Shown here piece after piece: positions 12,273-24,535 of a stretch of 64,000 bases of DNA. The translations under genes and the position numbers were made by a program. The stretch is from Octopus sinensis (Eukaryota), in assembly GCF_006345805.1 (NCBI RefSeq), contig NC_043024.1, forward strand, positions 14,322,001 through 14,386,000. Direction: 5' to 3'. Each line of letters opens with the position of its first letter. Positions within the stretch are counted from its first letter, which is position 1. The notes under the pieces are model-generated. The model did no database searches. It was given only the letters and a program-made list of their open reading frames with translations, and had not been told where the DNA came from.

Positions 12273-13073
12273 TAAAGATTTGTTTTGGGTTTGTTAGATG
12301 GTTGCTAACTAGATTTCATTGTTAGTTCTCCTTTAGCAATGCATTATATGAATAAGTTCTATTAAAATATTACTTTCAAATTTTGGCTCCAGACCATCAA
12401 TTAAGAGTGATGTTGTCAGTGAATTACATTGACCCCAGTCATCAACTGGTTGTTATTTTATCAGGGTGGCAAGCTGGCAGAAACGTTAGCATGCCGGGCG
12501 AAATGCGTAACCGTATTTCGTCTGCCGTTACGTTCTGAGTTCAAATTCCGCCGAGGTCGACTTTGCCTTTCATCCTTTCGGGGTTGATAAATTAAGTACC
12601 AGTTACGTACAGGGGTCGATATAATCGACTTATTTCGTTTGTCTGTCCTCTCTGTGTTTAGCCCCTTGTGGGTAGTAAAGAAATAGTTATTTTATCAACA
12701 CTGAAAGGATGAAAGATAAAGTCGATCTTGGCAGAGTTTGAACTCAGAACGGAAAAATTCCAGCATTTAGAAAAGATTTACATAAAAGTACATAATTCAT
12801 TAAATGATTATAATTAATTCCAAATAATAACCATGCATACTCTTTTACTCTTTTACTCGTTTCAGTCATTTGACTGTGGCCATGCTGGAGCACCGACTTT
12901 AGTCGAGCAAATCGACCCCAGTACTTATTCTATCGGTCTCTTTTGCTGAACTGCTAAGTTATGGGGACATAAACACACCACCATCGGTTGTCAAGCAATG
13001 CTGGGGGGACAAACACAGACACACAAACATATACACACACATACATACATATATATATATATATATGTATATA

Positions 13074-13260
13074 TAATATTAATTAGAGACAAAACCACTA
13101 TTATGCAAATCAAACAAAGAAAGACTTAAACCAATATATAAAAAAATTTATATAAATTAAATAAAATTAAGTTATTAATTTATATAAATTTTTTATGTAT
13201 TGGATTAAGTCTTTCTTTGTTTGATTTGCATAATAGTGGTTTTGTCTCTAATTAATATTA
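13074..13260. repeat. near-perfect hairpin (about 85-bp arms), Penelope-like inverted-end family
   Basis: TAATATTAATTAGAGACAAAACCACTATTATGC.. and its reverse complement; related hairpins at 5056-5284, 6617-6845, 22341-22596, 22976-23442, 59365-59613. Confidence 0.85.
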
Positions 13261-13267
13261 TATTATA

Positions 13268-13650
13268 TCTCTCTCTATATAAACGGCAGTTTGTCTGTGC
13301 GTTTTCTGTGTGTCTGTTTTCTCATACCCTCACTCTGACCACGGCTTTCAACCGATTCTGATGAAACTTGACACACACATAGCCCAATGTCATAATTCAA
13401 AACTAACGCAGCGAAAATTTTGAAAAGTTCCCCCAGTTCTGAAAAAAATCGATAAATTCGACATGGGGTCGAGAATCAGAAACCCAAACCACAGACCGTC
13501 TAGGGGACGCAACTCCACCTTTTTTAACTCTCAAAAAAAATTTACCATCATTTTTTTCCCATTTTTTTGCTATTTTTTGGCTATAACTCTCTAAAATGCC
13601 TTATAGTTATTTCCCTTACAAACCTGAGCAACGCCGGGCGATACTGCTAG
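13268..13650 (+). mobile_element. non-autonomous Helitron, family H2
   Basis: A|TCTCTCTCTATATAAAC ... CCTGAGCAACGCCGGGCGATACTGCTAG|T; 3' end shared with H1, interior different. Confidence 0.82.
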
Positions 13651-13734
13651 TTTTACTATAAAATTGGATTCAATCCTAAATCTGTTTTTTCCCTGTAAAT
13701 TTGGATTTATTCCCTAATATTTATTATTTAATAT

Positions 13735-13782
<48 letters not shown>

Positions 13783-14122
13783 TATGACAGGCTTCTCTCA
13801 GTTTCCATCTACCAAATCCACTCACAAGACTTTGGTCGACCTGAGGCTATAGTAGAGAACACTTACCCAAGGTATCACACTGTGGGAATGAACCCGGAAC
13901 CATGCGGTTGGTAAGGCATTGGTCGGCCCGAGGCTATAGTAGAAGTCACTTGCCCAAGGTGCCACGCAGTGGGAATGAACTCGGAACCATGTGGTTCGTG
14001 AGCAAGCTACTTACCTCACAGCCACCATGATTATTGTTCCTTAAAAGAATATCAGTAGTTTTGTATGTAAATTAATTAACGTGTTGGAGCATTTTTCTTA
14101 CATTAAATATATTATTTTTTAG

Positions 14123-14363
14123 GACAAAAAGGTTGTCAAGAAGTATTGCCAACACCTCCGAGGAAGCGCCACATTTGCCAAGTGTAATGAAATAGTCCAG
14201 TCTCACTTATTCTACGACTTATGTATGAGAGATATGTGTACACAACATTCCAACAAAAACGTGGAAAGTTTATGCATTGCTCTGGAAGCTTATGCCAGGG
14301 AATGCGCCATTAATGGTATCATTGTGCAATGGAGGAGAAATCATACATTGTCTCAGTTATGCT
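14123..14363 (+). CDS. exon e (C8 domain of D2)
   Basis: ttttttAG| ... |GTaagt; phase 0 to 1. KYCQHL...FAKCNEIV...DLCMRDMC...[32 protein letters not shown]. Confidence 0.94.
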
Positions 14364-14619
14364 GTAAGTTTTTCACGTTCCTGTTTTTGTTATTTGGGTA
14401 TATATATATATTTATTTGTATATTTATTTATTTGTATATATATATATATGTTTGTATATATATATATATATATATATTTATTTGTATATTTGTATATATA
14501 TATATATATATATTATTTGTATATTTGTAATATATATATATATTTTTTTTTTTGTATATTTGTATATATATATATGTTATTTGTATATATTTATATATAT
14601 ATATATTTATTTGTATATT

Positions 14620-14660
<41 letters not shown>

Positions 14661-14810
14661 TTGTATATTTGTATATATATATATATATATTTTTGTATAT
14701 GTATATATATATATATTTTTGTATATTTGTATATATATATATATGTTATTTGTATATATTTATATATATATATATTTTTTTTTTTGCATATATATATATA
14801 TATATATATA

Positions 14811-15183
14811 CAGGGATTCCCCGACTTGCGCGAGTTCAACTTGCGCGAAATTCGACTTGCACGAGCCAACTTTTGATACCAAGTCTTCAGGTTGTGCGAG
14901 TTGTATTCTCGACTTGCGCTTGTTGTAAAAATATTTATTATCCATGGTTGCATTGCCTTGTCTGTTATCTTGTTATCAATCCATCATTTCCAATATACAA
15001 AGCAGTCACCAATAAAAGTTTTTGGGTTTCAAATAGAAAGAAAGTTCATTCAATACTTTCTCCAAGTGTTTCTTTAATATAACAATATTTAGCTGTTATC
15101 CCGGAAAATATTTATAGAAAACAATATCTGGTACTTGACTTGCACGTCCCCCAATTACTCGCACAAGTCGAGGAATCCCTTTG
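14811..15183. mobile_element. Tigger/pogo-type MITE
   Basis: TA|CAGGGATTCCCCGACTTGCGCGAGT ... ACTCGCACAAGTCGAGGAATCCCTTTG|TA; inserted in microsatellite. Confidence 0.75.
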
Positions 15184-15191
15184 TATATTTG

Positions 15192-15224
<33 letters not shown>

Positions 15225-15878
15225 TATATACATATATATATATTTATTTATTTATTTGTATATTTGTATATATATGTTATTTGTATATATATATTTCTTT
15301 ATTGCCCACAAGGGGCTAAACATAGAGGGGTCAAATAAGGACAGACAAAGGGCTTAAGACGATTACATCAACCGCAGTGCATAAATGGTACTTTATTTAT
15401 CGACCCCGAAGGATAAACGGCAAAGTCAACCATTACGTCACAGCATGAGACCTAATGTGACATGGTTCACCATTTGAGGGGACAAACAAGGACAGACAAA
15501 GGGATTAAATTGATCACATCGACCCTAGTGCATTACTGGTACTTTATTTATCGACCCCAAAAGGATGAACAGCAAAGTCAACCATTATGTCACAGCATGA
15601 GACCTAATGTGACAAGGTCCACCATTTGAATTACAGTTTCTTATTTCTTTACTGCCCCCAAGGGGCTAAACATAGAGGGGTACAACAAGTACAAAGGGAT
15701 TAAGTCGATTACATCGCCCCCAGTGTATAGCTGGTACTTAATTTATCGACCCCGAAAGGAGGAAAGGCCAAGTCAACCTCGGCAGAATTTGAACTCAGAA
15801 CATAACGGCAGACGAAATACTGCTAAGCATTTCGCCCGGCACACTAATGTTTCTGCCAGATCGCCATTTTTCTTTTTG

Positions 15879-15910
<32 letters not shown>

Positions 15911-16236
15911 TTGTGTATGTGTGTATGCATATGTGTATGTGTGCATACATGGATATATGTTATGTGAGTATCAGCAAATATCTGTAAAGCAGCAAATTTG
16001 CAGAGTTGTTAGAGCGTCAAATAGGATGCCTTGCTGTATTTGTTGCCCGTCTATGGCCAACTTTGCAGTATTGTTAACGTATTGGGTTAGGGTTAACTCT
16101 TCCAGGCCTTTGCAATTCCTGCAACAAAACTACTGTCAACGCTTTCTTTGGACAACTTTGGTAATTGGGGAGAAAGAAATTTTCATGCATGAGCAATTTT
16201 GAATTTTTTGTAAAAAGATCAAAAGAGGCCTATGTA

Positions 16237-17629
16237 TTGGCTTGTCTGGAAAGCTTGTGCCGATTTATAGTAGCTTACCTTTCGACTTATTTTAGAACAT
16301 GGTTGAGTCCATAAAATAGGATTTGACTACACCTTCAATTTGGTGCACAGTTTAAGCTATCTTTTCGTGGAAGAAGGTTTATGTTCCTATAACCTGTGTT
16401 AATTCTGTAACCCTTTAAAATGGAAAATAAGAAAGTTCATTTTCGGCGCTTGATGCTTTGGGAACCAGACAAAAATTGCTGCAGCTCGGCTGGAATGTGT
16501 TACCCAACCCTCCATATTCACCAGATATTGCTCCTTTGGATTTCCACTTATTCAGGTCTCTGCAGAATAGTCTTAATGGTAAAAATTTCAATTCCTTGGA
16601 TGACATAAAAAGATACCTTGATGGATTCTTTGCCATGAAACCACCTCAGTTCTGGGAAGAGGGTATTTTCAAGTTAAATGAAAGATGTACTAGGTGCATT
16701 TATGCAGCACTAGTATGTATACTTTTATGTGGTACAGCACAGGTGCTTCTTATGGTGGTACCAGTACCCATGAGCCTGCAAGATTAGGATTGCTTAGCTG
16801 AAGAGGGAATTAGGGTCATTATAGATATTAGTTTAAAATTCTGGCACAAGGCCAGCAAGTTTGAAAGAGGGGTTAAGTCAGTTACGTCAACCCCATAATT
16901 TAACTGGTACTTATTTTATCGACCCTGAAAGGACAAAAGTCAAAGTCAACCTTCACAGGATTTGAACTCAGAATGCTAAGAGGGATAAAATTCTGCTAGG
17001 CATTTTTCCCAGCATGCTAACAATTCTGCCAACTCACCCCCTTACTTATGTATCGATATTAATTGAAACTGAATTGAGCAACAAAATGGTTCATATTTGG
17101 CTGATTAAAAATGTAATGGCAAGTATTTATTGACCTTTTTCTTTCCTTTAAAAATCGGCACAAACTTTCAGGACATCATCATCATTGTTCGACCGTGGTC
17201 GAGACAATGGAATTTACTATGTTACGCCAGACTTCATGGTCCATCATAGCATTACGGATCTCCTGTTGCTGGATGCCTGTATCCCTGGAGATTACATCAG
17301 GGTAGGAGAGTGTGCGCCCTCTGGTATTGCGAGCAGATGGCTTCCAGAGGAGAAGAGTAGAAATTACCTCGTTTTCAGCTCTACAACAATGTCCAGCAAA
17401 CTGGACTCTCCTACTTTTCACAAGAGATGACACAGGTGGTAGTTTCCCATATATTTGCATTTTGGTTGGATGGCGCTTCCATGAGAGATTTTGAGCTCTC
17501 ATAAGGAGGCGAGTGTAGGTTCCATCCAACCGCCTCTCAAGCTTCTTTGATAACGTCCAGGTTTCTGAGCCATATAGTAGAATTGGTTCGACTGTGGTTT
17601 TGAATGTTTCAAGTTTCAGGACAACCCAA
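16237..17629 (+). mobile_element. internally deleted mariner, copy 1, carrying two insertions
   Basis: TIR TTGGCTTGTCTGGAAAG...; fused MENKKVHFR and LPNPPYSPDIAPLDFHLFRSLQ; right TIR completed at 17624-17629 followed by TA. Confidence 0.88.
17176..17613 (-). mobile_element. second RTE-like LINE 3' end
   Basis: ORF 17182-17529 ...SRRVQFAGHCCR...WRNIVNSIV, (TGA)n tail, 10-bp TSD TTTCAGGACA. Confidence 0.85.
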
Positions 17630-17678
17630 TAACAATATTTGTAAACATATATACATTCTCAATGATTTGCTGTTGCAG

Positions 17679-17928
17679 CCTCAAAATGTGAAAATCCCCA
17701 TGAAATATACACTGAATGTGGTTCAAGTTGTCAAATTAGTTGCCATGACAAACAATACACAAATGACCAATGTGTTGATGAATGCATCCCTGGCTGCCGT
17801 TGTCCGGCTGGTAAATATTCTGATGCCAAAAAACAATGTGTACCAGCTAAAAAATGTACTTGTTATGATCGAGCAACACAGAAATATTTCAATGCTGGAG
17901 AAAGTATACGAAGAGCTTGTGGCAAATG
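17679..17928 (+). CDS. exon f (TIL2 + E2 start)
   Basis: gttgcAG| ... |GTatat; phase 1 to 2. KCENPHEIYTECGSSCQISC...CIPGCRCPAG...CTCYD...RACGK. Confidence 0.94.
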
Positions 17929-18081
17929 GTATATATACGTTTATTGCTAATTGTTTTCTCTTCGTTTGTCTTTGATATGTAAATGTTACCTTACAAAGGT
18001 AGAATTTATAGATTTGTATAATTCTTTTCAACGCAGTCCTATTCTGTTTTAATAACAGACATCACAAAATTTAAATTGCAT

Positions 18082-18479
18082 TGGCGTAGGAGTGGCTTTG
18101 CGGTAGGTAGCTTGCTAACCAACCACATGGTTCCGGGTTCAGTCCCACTGCGTGGCATCATGGGCAAGTGCCTTCTGCTATAGCCCCGGGCCGAGCAATG
18201 CCTTGTGAGTAGATTTGGTAGATGGAAACTGAAAAAAGCCTGTCGTATATATGTATATATATGTGTATGTGTGTGTGTGTGTGTGTGTTTGTCCCCCTAG
18301 CATTGCTTGACAACTGATGCTGGTGTGTTTACGTCCCTGTCACTTAGCAGTTCGGCAAAAGAGACCGATAGAATAAGTACTGGGCTTACAAAGAATAAGT
18401 CCCGGGGTCGATTTGCTTGACTAAGGTCGGTGCTCCAGCATGGCCGCAGTCAAATGACTGAAAAAAGTAAAAGAGTAAA
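18082..18479 (+). mobile_element. SINE-A, plus-strand copy
   Basis: Full head-to-tail match. Other plus copies about 32881-33285, 40606-41005, 54660-55078, and tandem 3' halves at 34915-35237. Confidence 0.88.
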
Positions 18480-19049
18480 TTGCATCCCGACTTTCATGAA
18501 CCAAAATAAATAACATCAGGAATCACAATCCATACACAGTACTCTGTAGTAAATAGTCAAGTACGATGATATCATCTGACAGTATATATACTCTTGTATA
18601 TTCACATATATATACTCTTTACTCTTTTACTCTTTTACTTGTTTCAGTCATTTGACTGCGGCCATGCTGGAGCACCGCCTTTTAGTCAAGCAACTCGACC
18701 CCGGGACTTATTCTTTTTGTAAGCCCAGTACTTATTCTATCGGTCTCTTTTGCCGAATCGCTAAGTGACGGAGACGTAAACACACCAGCATCGGTTGTGA
18801 AGCAATGCTAGGGGAACAAACACAGACACACAAACACACACACATACATATATATATATATACATATATACGACAGGCTTCTTTCAGTTTCCGTCTACCA
18901 AATCCACTCACAAGGCATTGGTCGGCCCGGGGCTATAGCAGAAGGCACTTGCCCAAGATGCCACGCAGTGGGACTGAACCCAGAACCATGTGGTTGGTTA
19001 GCAAGCTACTTACCACACAGCCACTCCTGCGCCTATATTTATATATATA

Positions 19050-19098
<49 letters not shown>

Positions 19099-20282
19099 AT
19101 ATATATATGTATGTGTACATTTTTTGCTGTATAAGCTTGTATGCCTCTGTTTTTCATGCTGGTATGGTTTGGATGATTTGACAAAAGCTGCCCTGGCCCC
19201 GTGGTGCATATGCACTTCCTAATGCCAACCACTTTACAGAGTTTGCTGGGTGCATTTATGCAGCACTAGTATGTGTACTTTTATGTGGTACAGCACAGGT
19301 GCTTCTTATGTGGTACCAGTACCCACGAGCCTGCAAGATTAGGATTGCTTACCTGAAGAGGGAATTAGGGGACATTATAGATATTAGTTTAAAATTCTGG
19401 CACAAGGCCAGCAAGTTTGGAAGAGGGGTTAAGTCAGTTACGTCAACCCCATAATTTAACTGGTACTTATTTTATCGACCCTGAAAGGACGAAAGGCAAA
19501 GTCAACCTTCACAGGATTTGAACTCAGAATGTTAAGAGGGATAAAATTCTGCTAGGCATTTTTCCCAGCATGCTAACAATTCTGCCATCTCACCCCCTTA
19601 CTTATGTATAGATATTAATTGATGCTGAATTAATATCTAAACATATATTGAATTATATCTCTCTCTTTTACTCTTTTACTTGTTTCAGTCATTTGACTGT
19701 GGCCATGCTGGAGCACCACCTTTAGTCAAGCAAATCGACCCCAGGACTAATTCTTTGTAAGCCTAGTACTTATTCTATCAGTCTCTTTTGCTGAACCGCT
19801 AAGTTACGGGGCTTAAATGCACCAGCATCGGTTGTGAAGTGATGTTGGGGAGACAAACACACATATATATATGTGTGTGTATATATATATATAGAGAGAG
19901 AGAGATATACAAGGCTTTGGTCGTCCTGAGGCTATAGTAGAAGACACTTGCTCAAGGTGCCACACATTGGGACTGAACCCGGAACTATGTGGTTGGTAAG
20001 CAAGCTACTTACCACACAGCCACTCCTATATTCTTTTAGTCTTTTACTTGTTTCAGTCATTTGACAGTGGCCATGCTGGAGCACTACCTTTAGTTGAGCA
20101 AATCGACCCCAGGACATGTGATTGGTAAGCAAGCTACTTACCACACAGCCACTCCTATATGTTTATTTTAATGTAATAAAACGTTTAGTTTGTATGATTC
20201 CTTTTTAGTTGTTAGTTGTAGTTTTGTATTTTAATGCCTTGTTTTATTTAATCTTCCTTTACAATTGCTTTTAATCCCATAG

Positions 20283-20481
20283 CTATTGTAATAAAGGCCA
20301 ATGGAACTGCAGATCAAGCCACTGCATTGAAGAAGTCATTTGTCCCAAAAACCAAGTGTGGAGAACCAATTCTAGCAGTTGTTTCAAGACTTGCCTATCT
20401 CTTATCCGACCTTTGGCTTGTGAAGAGAATTCACCAACCACAGGCTGTAGTTGTCCGGAAGGAATGGTTCTTGGACCAAAT
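20283..20481 (+). CDS. exon g (E2 end + TIL')
   Basis: cccatAG| ... |GTaaga; phase 2 to 0. CYCNKGQWNCRSSHCIEEVICPKNQVW...TGCSCPEGMVLGPN. Confidence 0.93.
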
Positions 20482-20898
20482 GTAAGAATGGGCTTGATTT
20501 GTTTGAGGATTTAGTATAATTTGAAGCTACTGTTGTCTTTGTTTGCCTAAGAATAGTTTCCATTGTATAGTTTAGTTGTACAAGCTATAATTTCTTCCTG
20601 AATAGATAAGTATACAAACTCCTATCCACACAAATTTAGTATTGCTGTAAAGTTCCATGGATATTTAACGGTTCATTCAAATTTGCTTATCTCTTCTTAT
20701 CACAAATACTCATGATGGTTTTAGACGGTTACTTGTTAAAATATAAACAACTTGTGACTGACATAACTCAATAATAATGACTGACATAAACCAAACTAAC
20801 AATAATAATAAATTAATAATAATAAACACTTTAAAGACAAAATCTTTTTACAAAAAATGACAAGGAATTTTTTTTTTTTTAGAGAGAAAACTGATATA

Positions 20899-22106
20899 CA
20901 GGGGTTGAGCAAAATAGTTAGAACACATGTTAAATTCAGTGAATATTTATTTAATATAGAGATGGACCTCTTTAAGCTTTCTGAACAGCTTTGATGCATC
21001 TAGGAATTGATTCATACAGCTTCCTGGCTACATTGAGAGGAATCTTGGGTCATTCTCCCTTCAAAACCTGCTCCAGCTGTTGCAGACACGACGGTGGAGG
21101 GTAACGACTTCTAAATTGTCACTCCAAGATACACCACAGATGCTCAATAATATTAAGATCTGAAGTTTGAGGGGGTCACTCTATGTGCTGTAGCTCACTA
21201 CTATGCCCTTCATACCAATTCTTAACCATATGAGAGGTGTGTATTGGAGTATTGTCATCTTGGAAGCTGCACTCACCATCAGGAAATAATGTCAGGACCA
21301 TGAGAAGGACTTGATTTCCCAAAATATTCAGATAATCATTGCTGTTGATCCCACCATGCAGGGAAACGATTTAACCAACAGAATTCCAAGAAATAACAGC
21401 CCAAACCATCACAGACCATCCTCCATGCTTCACTGTAGGAAGAAGGCAGTCTTCCACACATAAAATTACCCTGCAGTGGGGAAAAGAGAAAAACTGGACT
21501 CGGAGAATATTACTTGCTTCCATCGGTCTGTCAACCAGCCCTTGTGATCTCTATACTAGTTCAGCCTTTTCTGAATGTTTTGTTGAGAAAGTAGAGATTT
21601 CCTGATATCCCACTTTATTGAGCTCACAACAAACAGTTTTGCTCAAAACTGGGCTCGTCAGATGTTGGTTCAATTCTACAATCACTTTAGGGACAGTTGG
21701 CTGGTGATTTTTTCATCACAATGGGATTCAACACTCATCGGTCTCTTTCAGGAACCTAAGTTACTTCTCCTACTGAAGGTTTTACCCTGCTTCTCAAATT
21801 TAGTCATAGTCTTTGATATGGTAACTCTCGATAAACCAAGGAATTCAGCTGTTCTGGTGACAGAACTCCTGCCATTCAAGTTCCAACAACTTGCCCTTTC
21901 TCGACTTCAGTGAAGTCACACATCTTAGCTTCATTTGTGGTACGATCTGAAAAAGAGACAGAAATAATCATTAAATTAGATAAATAAAACCATCTACAAT
22001 ACAAAAAACACTCACAATGAAATTTGGATGGATTTTCGTAATATAATGGCTTATTGAAATATTGGAGTTAAATTTCTATAGTTCCAATTATTTTGCTCAA
22101 TCTTTG
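20899..22106 (-). mobile_element. full-length decayed Tc1 transposon
   Basis: TA|CAGGGGTTGAGCAAAATA ... TATTTTGCTCAATCTTTG|TA. Minus-strand pseudo-ORF 21923-20951: MCDFTEVEKGQVVG...FQDDNTPIH...E*PPQTSDLNIIEHLW (DD34E type), multiple stops. Confidence 0.88.
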
Positions 22107-22113
22107 TATGTAT

Positions 22114-22179
<66 letters not shown>

Positions 22180-22479
22180 AGTAAATAATATCTTTAATGG
22201 TTTTTTTAAAAAACCAACAATTATTTATTGGTAGATTTCAGCATGTAAATATAACCATTAACGGTAGGAACTTATACAAAAGTTCAGTATATATATATTG
22301 TATATAAATAAAAGAGGCAGGCAACAGGTTGTTTAGCCACATACCGAAAAAAATTAGAAATAGCAGTCAAAGACTGTTTATTTCTATTTTCTACAAATGA
22401 CACTCCACATACGACATATCCCTGTAATTCACATATGCAAAACAGAAGGAATAAATAATGAAAACAAAGTCTAACGGTC

Positions 22480-22548
22480 ATTTACGAACACGTTTCTAGA
22501 TTAGGAATATAATAAAATATAAATTCCATGTCTTTCATCAGCGTAAAC
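22480..22548 (-). ncRNA. hammerhead motif, family C
   Basis: Minus strand GTTTACG-CTGATGA-a AGA cat GGAAT..ATTCC taa TCT a-GAAAC-GT-GTT-CGTAAAT; 7-bp stem I, intact core. Confidence 0.7.
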
Positions 22549-22591
22549 CTCCACTAAAATAAAGTCTCTGACTGCTATTTCTAATTCTTTT

Positions 22592-22624
<33 letters not shown>

Positions 22625-23452
22625 TGACGTATTTTTGCCATTTCAATATGGCTAACCTCTAAGGGTGGATGCTACTGTAGTTTTTAGCCCCAGGAGGACA
22701 CACTCCTCCAGCTGGCCATAGACACACTATCTGTGTCCTGTCAGTATTTGCAAAGGGAAGTCATCCTTCCCGTCTTCAACTTATGATACACACGGACTCG
22801 ATACACACTATGATACACACTATATATATGATACACACTATATGATACACACTATATATGATACACACTATATATATATATATGAATTAAATAATAAGGG
22901 TAGAAATTGATATTAATCAATTAAAACCAGTGGCTTAGCATATTTAAAAAATACAAAGATTAAAAATTGTGTTTCATACAAAATTAAGAGGAAGGACCAC
23001 TAAAGTGGACACCTAATATGCTAAACATAGACAACAAATCACCATTAACATGAAGAATGTGTTCTCAAGAAAAAATCTCAGCAAAAAAAACAAAATGTAA
23101 AAATAAGCAAAACAAATGAAAATATACGAAATAAAAAATGATTACCTACATACCAATGGTTTCAAACATGCAGATATCTGCAAGATCGTCAGCGTAGTCT
23201 GTTGCTTACAAAACACAATTTCCAGAACTAGACACAGAACGCTCAACCGAAATCGAGTATGTATAAAGTTCTACAATTTATATTTTATTTCGTATATTTT
23301 CATTTGTCTTGCACAGTTTTACATTTTGGTGTTTTGCTGAGATTTTTTCTTGGGAACACATTCTTCGTAGTAATGACGATTTGACATCTATATTTAGCAC
23401 ATTAGGTGTCCACTTTAGTGGTCATTCCTCTTAATTTTGTATATATATATAT

Positions 23453-23497
<45 letters not shown>

Positions 23498-24535
23498 TTG
23501 GTAGATAGAAAAGCGAGTGTTTGCATTACGAATTATATAGACACAGTCCAACAATAATTGCTAGAGTGCCACTACAGTATAGCTTATGAATATATACAAA
23601 TATGAATTCATATCCATATGTGTAGCGTTGCACTGCAAATTTAGGTTTGCAAAAACCATTACTTCAGTTTTAGAAAGTGTAACTCAAAGTTAAATCCTTA
23701 AAAATCCTTTAAAATGTTTTAGCCCAAAGGCTGCGGCTATGCTGGGGCACCACCGCTGAAAGTTAGTGCAAAATAAATCTTTAGTTTATTTTTGGCAACT
23801 GACATTTCTCAAAAGTTGTTGGTAGTGGATTTTATGCCTCGAAGACAAATGTTCTAAGCACTTACCTCAAGGAAATGTGTTACCTGTTAATTAGTCATTA
23901 TCTTTCAGTTCACTTCTTTCTCTGTTCATTGATTTTTTTATGTTATTTAACCTCCAAACATTTTTTTCCTTCAGTGACGACAGTTTCAGTTCCCTAGTCT
24001 ATCTATAACAGTTTTTAAAATTCATTTTTTAAAATTATTCAGTCACAGCTACATTTTTAAATGTAGGTGCAGATACTCTTTACTCTTTTACTTGTTTCAG
24101 TCATTTGACTGCGGCCATGCTGGAGCACCGCCTTTAGTCGACCAAATCGACCCTGGGACTTGTTCTTTGTAAGCCCAGTACTTATTCTATTGGTCTCTTT
24201 TGCCGAACCGCTAAGTGACGGGGACGTAAACACACCAGCATCGGTTGTCAAGCAATGCTAGGGGGACAAACACAGACACACAAACACACACAAATACACA
24301 CACGCATACATATATATATATATACGACAGGCTTCTTTCAGTTTCCGTCTACCAAATCCACTCACAAGGCATTGGTCGGCCCGGGGCTATAGCAGAAGAC
24401 GCCATGCAGTCGGTCTGAACCCGGAACCATGTGGTTGGTTAGCAAGCTACTTACCACACAGCCACTCCTGCGCCTAAGCAATACAAGCAAACAATATTAA
24501 ATACTTCTGCAATGCTAGCTGTAATTACAAAAGTA

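Larger units (their letters stand above)
12838..14026 (-). mobile_element. SINE-A split by nested insertions
   Basis: 3' half 12838-13050 and 5' half 13783-14026 flank a palindromic element and Helitron H2. Confidence 0.8.

Noticed and set aside
18082-18160. tRNA genes at SINE heads
   Set aside because: A/B-box-like motifs are present but there is no complete cloverleaf; each runs into a SINE body, often with a TSD
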